Assembly: GCA_965197425.1 (NCBI GenBank) | Contig: CBDANC010000014.1 | Span: 128,001-192,000 of the forward strand | DNA from: Bdellovibrionales bacterium | Lineage (GTDB): Bacteria; Bdellovibrionota; Bdellovibrionia; Bdellovibrionales; JAUICD01 | Direction: 5' to 3' | DNA: 64,000 nt | Part shown: piece by piece, positions 42,557-50,708 of the stretch | Layout: each line of letters opens with the position of its first letter | Position numbering within the stretch: position 1 is the stretch's first letter | Position numbers and translations under genes: made by a program | The notes under the pieces: generated by a model | The model's input: only the letters and a program-made list of their open reading frames with translations | What the model was told of the DNA's origin: nothing | Databases searched by the model: none

Positions 42557-43357
42557 CTAAGCACTAGCCTGATTTGTCAAATTAACCTGTTTTTCTAATT
42601 TAACCAGAGTGTTTCTGGCTCCAGGGATTCCACCTTTTACTAACAAAACATTGTCATCCGGTAAAACTTCTGCAACTTTGACATTTCTTACTGTAACTGT
42701 CTTAAAACCAAACCTACCTGGCATGCTTTTTCCCGGCAATACCCTACCTGGTTCTTCACACATTCCAACGGATCCTGGTTTTCTGTGAAACCTAGATCCA
42801 TGAGAAGCAGGGCCCCCACTAAATCCATACCTTTTCACAGTACCAGTAAACCCTCTACCCTTGGATTTGGAGGTTATTTTTACAATATCCCCCTTCTTTA
42901 AACTATCTATTGATACCTTTGCTCCTGGCTCGATACCATCCAGGGAGCTACACCTTATCTCTTTTGCAAATTTAACTGCATTAGTAAGTTTAGATTTTTT
43001 TAAATGACCAGCTTCTGACTTTTTCAAATTGGATTTTTTACCAGATACAATTTGAACAGCACTATAACCATCTTTTTCGTCAGACTTAACCTGAGAGATC
43101 ACCCAGTCATCAAACTTTAAAACAGTAACCGGCACCATGGCACCTGCAGAATCATATACAACAGACATACCTAGCTTTACCGCATAAAGACCATTTAATT
43201 GCACGGTTTTAGGCCCTACCTTAGATTTTGGCTCTTCAGATTTTTCGGATTTTGATTTTGCAGAATCAGTATCTTCCGACTCAGATACTTGAGAACCTTC
43301 TGTGGGGTCTTGATAGCCCTCTTTATTATCTTCAGATGTTTTGCTCTCCAAATTCAT
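42557..43357 (-). CDS. rplC: 50S ribosomal protein L3 with N-terminal extension
   Basis: KLGM, DGYSAVQ, SKGRGF, GPASHGS. Confidence 0.96.
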   Translation of the reverse strand: MNLESKTSEDNKEGYQDPTEGSQVSESEDTDSAKSKSEKSEEPKSKVGPKTVQLNGLYAVKLGMSVVYDSAGAMVPVTVLKFDDWVISQVKSDEKDGYSAVQIVSGKKSNLKKSEAGHLKKSKLTNAVKFAKEIRCSSLDGIEPGAKVSIDSLKKGDIVKITSKSKGRGFTGTVKRYGFSGGPASHGSRFHRKPGSVGMCEEPGRVLPGKSMPGRFGFKTVTVRNVKVAEVLPDDNVLLVKGGIPGARNTLVKLEKQVNLTNQASA

Positions 43358-43367
43358 AAATACTCCA

Positions 43368-43688
43368 CTAAACCACAGATAATTTTATTTCAACATCTAT
43401 ACCAGCAGATAGATCCAGCTTCATCAGCTGATCCACAGTCTGTTGAGTAGGTTCTAAAATATCCAAAAGCCTCTTGTGCGTTCTGATTTCGAACTGTTCC
43501 CTAGATTTTTTGTCCACATGAGGAGATCTCAATACTGTGTATCTATTGATGTTTGTAGGTAAAGCAACAGGCCCTGATACACCAGCACCAGTCCTTTTAA
43601 CTATATCCACGATATCCCTAGTGGATCTGTCCAATAACCTATGATCAAAGGCTCTTAGACGTATTCTTATTTTCTGACTCTGTTGCAT
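43368..43688 (-). CDS. rpsJ: 30S ribosomal protein S10
   Basis: [14 protein letters not shown]. Confidence 0.97.
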   Translation of the reverse strand: MQQSQKIRIRLRAFDHRLLDRSTRDIVDIVKRTGAGVSGPVALPTNINRYTVLRSPHVDKKSREQFEIRTHKRLLDILEPTQQTVDQLMKLDLSAGIDVEIKLSVV

Positions 43689-43958
43689 ACCAAACCCAGA
43701 GGGGAAAACAAACCCCTACTATTCTTCCTAAAAACAATTTCCAAAGTTAAAACAAGCCCCAGACCAGAGGCAAGCCACCTATGGATACTAAGACCTTTAA
43801 AACACCAAAATCAATCTATATACCAAACAAACAACCTATTAAACCAAACCCATTTGCACAAAAATCACCCAAATGTACATCAAGTCCTATCAATACAACG
43901 CCGTAATAATCAAACCAATGCACAACATTAGCTCACATGGTGATGTGAGCTGGGGCGG

Positions 43959-43988
43959 AGTATAGGCTTAAGATTATAAATTGGTCAA
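43959..43988 (-). promoter_or_regulatory. putative S10-operon sigma70 promoter
   Basis: TTGACC-18-TATACT, then GC-rich discriminator CCGCCCC and a 9-bp hairpin AGCTCACAT/ATGTGAGCT. Confidence 0.6.
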
Positions 43989-44002
43989 TAAAAAATTTCT
44001 GC

Positions 44003-46054
44003 TCAAGCTCCAAACAGTATTTGAGACTCTAATTTCTCCGGCAGTCTTTCGAAATGGCTTACTTTCATTGAAAAGCTTCCTCTACCAGATGTAAGCGATC
44101 TCAAGGTCGTAGCGTATCCAAACACCTCGCTTACTGGCACATAGGCATTTATTACCTGCATATTACCTACCTCCTCCACATTGTTGATTCTTCCTCTCTT
44201 GGAGTTGAGATCCCCCACCACAGATCCTAAAAAATTTTTCGGCACTGTTACTTCCATACTGGACACTGGTTCCAGTAAATGTGGGTTTCCAAGTTCCATG
44301 GCTTTTTTAGTAGCCCTAGAAGCTGCAACTTTCAGAGCAAGTTCTGTTGGCACAAAATCGCTATCCTCTCTTGAATCCAATAAAGTTACAGTGGTAGAAA
44401 TCACTTTATTTCCAGCCAATGATCCATTTTCTAAAGCCTCCTCTATACCTTGTACTGCAAATGAGGCTCCGTCTTTAGTAAACTTACTGTTGTTTACTAT
44501 TTTGTTTTTATCTTCATTATTTGCCTCTACCTTTACCTCAACTGTAGCCATGTGATTTTCTGTACCTATAAGACGCTCAAAATGATATTTAGAAGTAGCC
44601 TTAGTAGTAACACATTCTCTATATGAAACTTGCGGCTTACCTCTGTTGACCTTTACTCCAAACTCCCTATCCAATCTATCTAAGACAATTTCTATGTGAA
44701 GTTCTCCCATTCCAAAAACAAGCATTTGCCCTGTATCTTGATTTTCTTTAAAGGAAAAAGAAGGATCTTCATCTTGAATTTTTTTTAAGCATTCACCTAA
44801 TTTTTTTTCATCATTTGAGGTTTTAGGCTCTATAGCCTGAGAGATAACTGGCTCTGGAAAACCAATTGGCTCTAGCAATACATGAGTTTTTCGGTCACAC
44901 AGAGTGTCTCCAGTTTTTGTCCACTTCAACCCAACAACAGCCCCTATATCTCCAGCCTTTAGCACATCCGTCTCTGTCCTTGAGTTTGCATGCATTTTCA
45001 AAATTTTGGCTACTCGTTCTTTTCTATTGGAAGTTGTGTTTTCCAAAGCCTGCCCTACTTTTAAAATTCCGGAATATACTCTCAAATAAGTCAACATCCC
45101 AGCGAATGGATCAACTTGTAGTTTAAATGCCAAAGAAACCACTGGTTCACTGTATGAGGCTTTACACAAAACTTCTTTTCCATTTTTATTTAATCCCGAA
45201 ACACCTTTCACATCCAAGGGGCTTGGCAGATAATCTGTAACAGCATCTAATACAAGTTGAACTGACTTGTTTTTTAGTGCACTTCCACAAAATACAGGGA
45301 ACACCTTTTGTTTAATAGTTCCAGCTCTTATTGCGGCCTTAATTTGACAAGCTTTTATTGGAGATTCCGATAAATATGCCTCCATTAACTCATTATCAAA
45401 TTCAGAAACTTGCTCCAGCAGATCATTTTTCAACTGCTCTGCCTTTTTAACATACTGAGAAGGAATGTCTTTGTACTCTGGTTTTAAATCGACCCCATCT
45501 CCTTCCCATACCACTAATTTACCTGCTACCACATCCAAAACACCTTTGAAGTTATCTTCACTTCCAACAGGCCAGTGTAAGACGGCAGGAGTAACACACA
45601 ATTTTTCTTTTATTGATTCAAGGCACATTTCATAGTCAGCACCTAGTCTATCCATTTTATTTATAAAACACATCCTAGGTACATTGTACTTATCTGCCTG
45701 ATACCAAACGGTTTCAGATTGAGGTTCAACTCCATTTACAGCATCGAATACACACAATGCACCATCTAACACTCTAAGCGATCTCTCCACTTCTAGGGTA
45801 AAATCAACATGCCCCGGAGTATCTATTAGGTTGATATGGTGTGTTTTCCAAGCGCAAGTAGTTGCAGCAGAGGTAATAGTGATTCCTCTCTCTTGCTCCT
45901 GTTGCATCCAATCCATTACCGTGTTTCCGTAATGAACCTCCCCTACCTTATGACTTTTGCCGGTGTAATATAAAATTCTCTCTGTTAAAGTAGTCTTTCC
46001 GGCATCTATATGTGCCATTATTCCAAGATTTCTAATTTTACTTAAATCATCCAT
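44003..46054 (-). CDS. fusA: elongation factor G family, divergent (EF-G2-like)
   Basis: AHIDAGKTT, RGITI, DTPGH, NKMD; altered domain IV. Confidence 0.9.
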   Translation of the reverse strand: MDDLSKIRNLGIMAHIDAGKTTLTERILYYTGKSHKVGEVHYGNTVMDWMQQEQERGITITSAATTCAWKTHHINLIDTPGHVDFTLEVERSLRVLDGALCVFDAVNGVEPQSETVWYQADKYNVPRMCFINKMDRLGADYEMCLESIKEKLCVTPAVLHWPVGSEDNFKGVLDVVAGKLVVWEGDGVDLKPEYKDIPSQYVKKAEQLKNDLLEQVSEFDNELMEAYLSESPIKACQIKAAIRAGTIKQKVFPVFCGSALKNKSVQLVLDAVTDYLPSPLDVKGVSGLNKNGKEVLCKASYSEPVVSLAFKLQVDPFAGMLTYLRVYSGILKVGQALENTTSNRKERVAKILKMHANSRTETDVLKAGDIGAVVGLKWTKTGDTLCDRKTHVLLEPIGFPEPVISQAIEPKTSNDEKKLGECLKKIQDEDPSFSFKENQDTGQMLVFGMGELHIEIVLDRLDREFGVKVNRGKPQVSYRECVTTKATSKYHFERLIGTENHMATVEVKVEANNEDKNKIVNNSKFTKDGASFAVQGIEEALENGSLAGNKVISTTVTLLDSREDSDFVPTELALKVAASRATKKAMELGNPHLLEPVSSMEVTVPKNFLGSVVGDLNSKRGRINNVEEVGNMQVINAYVPVSEVFGYATTLRSLTSGRGSFSMKVSHFERLPEKLESQILFGA

Positions 46055-46173
46055 AAAGGTCTCAGCAAGAACTGAAAGTACCTTGGCGAAATACAGCGCG
46101 AAGCACAAGTGTAGCCAAGATACTCTCAGTATCAGAGTTGCCCAGCTCTACACATGTCATCAAACTCATTCCC
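46055..46173. repeat. dispersed repeat, locus K (bioY-fusA), different internal hairpin
   Basis: GTTGCCCAGCTCTACACATGTCATCAAACTCAT; mini-ORF 46175..46062 (-). Confidence 0.88.
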
Positions 46174-46175
46174 AT

Positions 46176-46826
46176 TCATGATCTACGAAAGATTGCATTG
46201 CTTAAAGAAACAGTGCCAGAGGCCAAAAGCACTTTTATCACCGCACCTGGAATAAAAGGAATAAGCCCCAAACTAAATGCCTTATCAAACCCAATCAAAT
46301 ACCCCAGCCACAAAAGACCTAACAAATAGACAGGAACTAAACCTAATAAAAACAAACAAACTGAACTAAAAAAGTTTTTGAACAGCCCTTTTTCAGACAA
46401 GTAACCCACAATCATAACAGACGGCACAAAGCCAATTAAATAACCCCCAGTAACCCCTTTCAAATACAAAAGGCCACTACCACCAGATGCAAAAAACGGC
46501 AACCCAAAGATTCCTAACAAAATATAGACACCAACGCTGTACAAACCAAGCCTAGCACCCAAAACATAACCCATCATCAAAACAGCAAATGTCTGCCCTG
46601 TTATGGGCACAGGAGTAAAAGGCAAAGTAATCTTAATTTGAGTTAAAGCAGCTATCGCAAAACTGGAAAACAACACTACTGCCAACTTATAGGCCAAAGC
46701 ATGAGATAAAAATTCACTACTGCCAATGTCACTATTACTACCAATGGGCATCTTACTGCTGGGGTGATTACCAATATACTTTCTCATCATAGTTAAGGGG
46801 TTACTAAAAAACCTGGACTTGTGCAA
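46176..46826 (-). CDS. bioY: biotin transporter BioY (start probably internal)
   Basis: PVPITGQT, GLPFFA, TGGYLIGF. Confidence 0.9.
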   Translation of the reverse strand: MHKSRFFSNPLTMMRKYIGNHPSSKMPIGSNSDIGSSEFLSHALAYKLAVVLFSSFAIAALTQIKITLPFTPVPITGQTFAVLMMGYVLGARLGLYSVGVYILLGIFGLPFFASGGSGLLYLKGVTGGYLIGFVPSVMIVGYLSEKGLFKNFFSSVCLFLLGLVPVYLLGLLWLGYLIGFDKAFSLGLIPFIPGAVIKVLLASGTVSLSNAIFRRS

Positions 46827-46910
46827 CTTTTTAGTATTACACAGGACCTTTAATCACCTTTGACCACAATGGACTTAAAAAAAGAGGGTTATCAGATTAC
46901 TATTATTACT

Positions 46911-47648
46911 ATGATACATAGGAAGATACATAGAAATTTAATTTCAGCAACTGTTGTAATATTTTTCGTCACAGTCACATCTTCTTATGTATCAAGCAGG
47001 GGGTTGTTGTTCAATTCAAACATTATTGAAGTTAAGGTTTCTTACGAAAAAGAACAGTATATAAAAAACCTATCAGCAAAACTTGAAGAAAAATTAGCCA
47101 ACAAGATAGACAAAAGTGTTTGGGAAGTTGATTTAAAAAATATCAAAGAAATACTGGATAATGAAAGTTGGATAAAGTCTTACAGCATACAAAAATACAT
47201 ACCAAATAAAATAGATATTTTACTCAACCCAAGAGATATAACAGCAGTTTATATAAAAAAAGATGGAACAACACTACCAGTAAGTAGCGATGGAGTAGTT
47301 CTTCCAAAAGGAACTTTTACAAAAACACCAGTTGCACCAATAATAAACCAAAAAAAACTTTTAGAGGAAAAAGAACTTTTAAATAAATTTTTGCAGATAA
47401 TGTCTGAGATACCGGAGCATGGAAATTTTAGCCTAGAAACAATAGAGCAAATTAGCTTAGATAAAAAACAAAACATATGGTTTCATGTCGATAAAATGAA
47501 AATTAAACTAAATGAACAAGACACCAAAAAGAAAGTCTCTAGAATTAACAGATCAATAAAATACCTAAAAACTAGAGGTATTGCAAACTGCGTCATTGAT
47601 GCTGACCTGTCACAGAAAGTCCTTGTAAGATTAAATACCCCCATTTAG
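46911..47648 (+). CDS. ftsQ: cell division protein FtsQ/DivIB
   Basis: TM plus POTRA-like WIKSYSI..P; upstream of ftsA. Confidence 0.75.
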   Translation: MIHRKIHRNLISATVVIFFVTVTSSYVSSRGLLFNSNIIEVKVSYEKEQYIKNLSAKLEEKLANKIDKSVWEVDLKNIKEILDNESWIKSYSIQKYIPNKIDILLNPRDITAVYIKKDGTTLPVSSDGVVLPKGTFTKTPVAPIINQKKLLEEKELLNKFLQIMSEIPEHGNFSLETIEQISLDKKQNIWFHVDKMKIKLNEQDTKKKVSRINRSIKYLKTRGIANCVIDADLSQKVLVRLNTPI

Positions 47649-47713
47649 CCTAATTATTAGTTCTAGGGTGTGTTGTTTTGCTCTCTGGGGCCGGGGGTTT
47701 ATACAGGGGTTAT

Positions 47714-48955
47714 ATGAGGGGCAATGAGAGTACACGGGAGCTTATAGCAGGTCTAGATATTGCGAGTACCAAGGTCAGTATGGTAGTTGCGAATGCCTTA
47801 TATTCTGGTGATGAGCAAAGGCTTGAAGTTTTAGCATCAAAGAGTGTTCCCAATTCTGGTTTAATCAAAGGCACCATAACCTCTATCAATGAAACTGTTG
47901 AGGCCATCTCTTCCTGCGTTCGCGGTATAGAGGAAGAGTGTGGAGCAAGAATATCTTCTGCTTTGGTTGGTATATCCGGTGATTACATAAGGTCTTTTGA
48001 TTCCAAGACAACTACTTTGGTTCATGATTCAGAAATTGATGGGGCTGACATAGAGAGGCTTAAAAAAGAGGCTAAGGTTATAAGCGTTCCTGGTAGGTAT
48101 GATGTTATTCATGTAGTTCCTAAAAGCTTTACGGTTGATGAGGAGGAGGGTGTAATCAATCCTGAGGGAATGTATGGCAGCAAGTTAGAGATGAGTGCTC
48201 ATATAATTACCTCCAGAAATACAGCAATAAAAAATGTTATCAAGTGCTGTAGCAAAGCAGGCTTACAAGTTGAATCTTTGATGTTATCCGGTCTTGCCTC
48301 CGGTATTTCTGTTTTAGGTGAAGATGAAAAGCAATTGGGTGTTGCTTTAGTTGATATAGGTGGCGGTACAGCTAAAATTTTAATCTATGTAAAGGGTATG
48401 TTAGTACATACTGCTGTCTTACCGGTAGGTGGAGTTAACTTAACTAATGATGTGGCTGTAGGTTTAAGAGTTAATCAAAAATATGCTGAGGAGCTGAAGT
48501 GTAGTTATGGTTATGCAATGCCCAGTCTTATAACTGACACAGAAGAAATAGAGATCCAAGATTCAAACATGAGAAAACCAAAAACCATTTCCAACATACA
48601 ACTAAGTGAAATAATAGAGCCCAGAGCAGAAGAGATTCTAAGTTTAATAAATAGGGCTTTAAATGAAAGTGGCTTTATCAACAATCTGGGTTCTGGTGTT
48701 GTGTTGACCGGTGGATCAAGTAACTTAAATGGCCTAGGTGAAATGATGGAATTTTTGTACAACATGAAAGTAAGGATTGGGATACCCTGTTATGTAGATG
48801 GAATGGATGATGAGTTAAGAAAACCTGAGTTTGCAACTGGTATGGGATTGGTGATGTATGGTTTTAAAAACAAAAAAAAGCACAAAAAGTTCTTTCTGCA
48901 CCATAAAATGTCTGGTGCTTGGAAGAAAATCAAGGGCCTTGTCAAACCCAATTAA
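47714..48955 (+). CDS. ftsA: cell division protein FtsA
   Basis: [26 protein letters not shown]. Confidence 0.95.
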   Translation: MRGNESTRELIAGLDIASTKVSMVVANALYSGDEQRLEVLASKSVPNSGLIKGTITSINETVEAISSCVRGIEEECGARISSALVGISGDYIRSFDSKTTTLVHDSEIDGADIERLKKEAKVISVPGRYDVIHVVPKSFTVDEEEGVINPEGMYGSKLEMSAHIITSRNTAIKNVIKCCSKAGLQVESLMLSGLASGISVLGEDEKQLGVALVDIGGGTAKILIYVKGMLVHTAVLPVGGVNLTNDVAVGLRVNQKYAEELKCSYGYAMPSLITDTEEIEIQDSNMRKPKTISNIQLSEIIEPRAEEILSLINRALNESGFINNLGSGVVLTGGSSNLNGLGEMMEFLYNMKVRIGIPCYVDGMDDELRKPEFATGMGLVMYGFKNKKKHKKFFLHHKMSGAWKKIKGLVKPN

Positions 48956-48978
48956 AAATAAATTTTAAGGGAGAGAGT

Positions 48979-50298
48979 ATGTTTGAGATTGAAGAAAATT
49001 TAGATTTAGGAGCAACTATCAAGGTTTTTGGCATTGGAGGTGGTGGCGGGAATGCTGTTACTACCATGGTTCAAAGCAACCTTAATGGTGTAGAGTTTAT
49101 TGTAGCTAATACAGATAAACAAGCACTATCTAAAAGCAATGTACCCCTAAAAATACAATTAGGAGGTGAGCTTACAAAAGGCCTGGGAGCTGGTGCAGAT
49201 CCTGAAGTAGGAAAAAGAGCATGCATTGAATCTTCTAGTGAAATAGAAAACAGACTAGAAGGTGCAGATATGGTTTTTATCACCTCTGGTATGGGTGGTG
49301 GCACTGGCACTGGCGGAGCTCCTGTGGTTGCGAAAATTGCAAGAGATCTTGGGGCATTAACAGTGGGTGTTGTTACAAGACCATTTCTATTTGAAGGAAA
49401 AAAGCGAAGTTTAAATGCAATAAGAGGTATTGAAGAACTAAGAAAGGCTGTGGACACACTTATTGTGATTCCCAATCAAAAACTTTTTAATATATCTAAC
49501 GACAAAACTCCTCTTATTGATTCATTCAAAAAAGCTGATGAAGTTTTATTAAATGCGGTAGAAGGTATTTCCAGTTTAATCAACATAAATGGTTTGATTA
49601 ACCTGGATTTTGCTGATGTCAAAACTGTAATGCACAATAAAGGCATTGCTCTTATGGGTGTGGGTATGGCGAATGGAGATAGAAGAGCTATACAAGCCAG
49701 TAACCAAGCCATATCTTCACCACTTTTGGAAAATATTTCTATTGAAGGAGCTACTGGCATAATAATTAACATAACAGGTGGAAAAAACCTAAGTCTTCAT
49801 GAGGTAAATGAGGCTAGTATGTTTATCACAGAAGCCGCTTCTGACAATGCAGAGATTATTTTTGGAGCTGTAATAGATGAAACCTTAAAAGATCATGTGA
49901 AGGTTACTGTAATTGCAACAGGATTTGAATTACAAAAATCTGAGAAAACAAATGATAGTATAGGACAAAAAACAAACATAAAAATCCCTACAACAAATTT
50001 GGATTTTACGTTAGGAGATACTGACTTTGAGGATGATGCTGATATGCCACCTCCCCCACCAAGCGAAGAATTGCTAGATGAGGAAGGTTTACTAAGTGAT
50101 AGAGAAAAGTTATTGAACAAAGCTAGGGCATATAGAAACTTTCAGCACAATTCAAGTACAGCTGCGAATACTAGTACCGTAGATCCAAAAACTGGTGCCG
50201 TAGGCACAAAAAACACAGCGTCTAAAAAGAGAGGATCGATTGATTCGTTAGACATACCTACCTATATAAGAAGGCAAAAAACACAGGTGGTGGACTGA
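48979..50298 (+). CDS. ftsZ: cell division protein FtsZ
   Basis: [22 protein letters not shown]. Confidence 0.97.
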   Translation: MFEIEENLDLGATIKVFGIGGGGGNAVTTMVQSNLNGVEFIVANTDKQALSKSNVPLKIQLGGELTKGLGAGADPEVGKRACIESSSEIENRLEGADMVFITSGMGGGTGTGGAPVVAKIARDLGALTVGVVTRPFLFEGKKRSLNAIRGIEELRKAVDTLIVIPNQKLFNISNDKTPLIDSFKKADEVLLNAVEGISSLININGLINLDFADVKTVMHNKGIALMGVGMANGDRRAIQASNQAISSPLLENISIEGATGIIINITGGKNLSLHEVNEASMFITEAASDNAEIIFGAVIDETLKDHVKVTVIATGFELQKSEKTNDSIGQKTNIKIPTTNLDFTLGDTDFEDDADMPPPPPSEELLDEEGLLSDREKLLNKARAYRNFQHNSSTAANTSTVDPKTGAVGTKNTASKKRGSIDSLDIPTYIRRQKTQVVD

Positions 50299-50708
50299 CA
50301 ATTTTTTGAGCTTATTGTAACTATTTCTTAGTTGACAATTTTGGGTAGAAAAAAAGTTGATTTTGAGGTATCTTTCAGACATCAAGCAGGCGATATATCT
50401 AAGATAATCCATAATGTTAGAGTTTCCACATCCTGACTGACATTTAAAAAATCAACTACATAGATTGAGTTTAGTTAAATAGATATTTGAATTTTATAAA
50501 TATATAAGCAATTTATGGGCAGATCTTTAGCCTCAATATGTTTTGCTTAAATTTTTTGCTTAGCAAAAAAGTATCGTTAAAAGCATGTGGTAGGGTGGGG
50601 TTGTGTATATCACTGTAATAGGTGGGAGGACTCTAAGAATTTAGAGTCTTTAGCGAAATTAAATTAAAAATTTAAGATTTTTTACTTACCTAACAAAAAG
50701 GAAGGTCC

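Noticed and set aside
43930..43955. ATGTGAGCTGGGG as an inverted repeat-family copy
   Set aside because: Short match, explained as the S10 leader hairpin and discriminator
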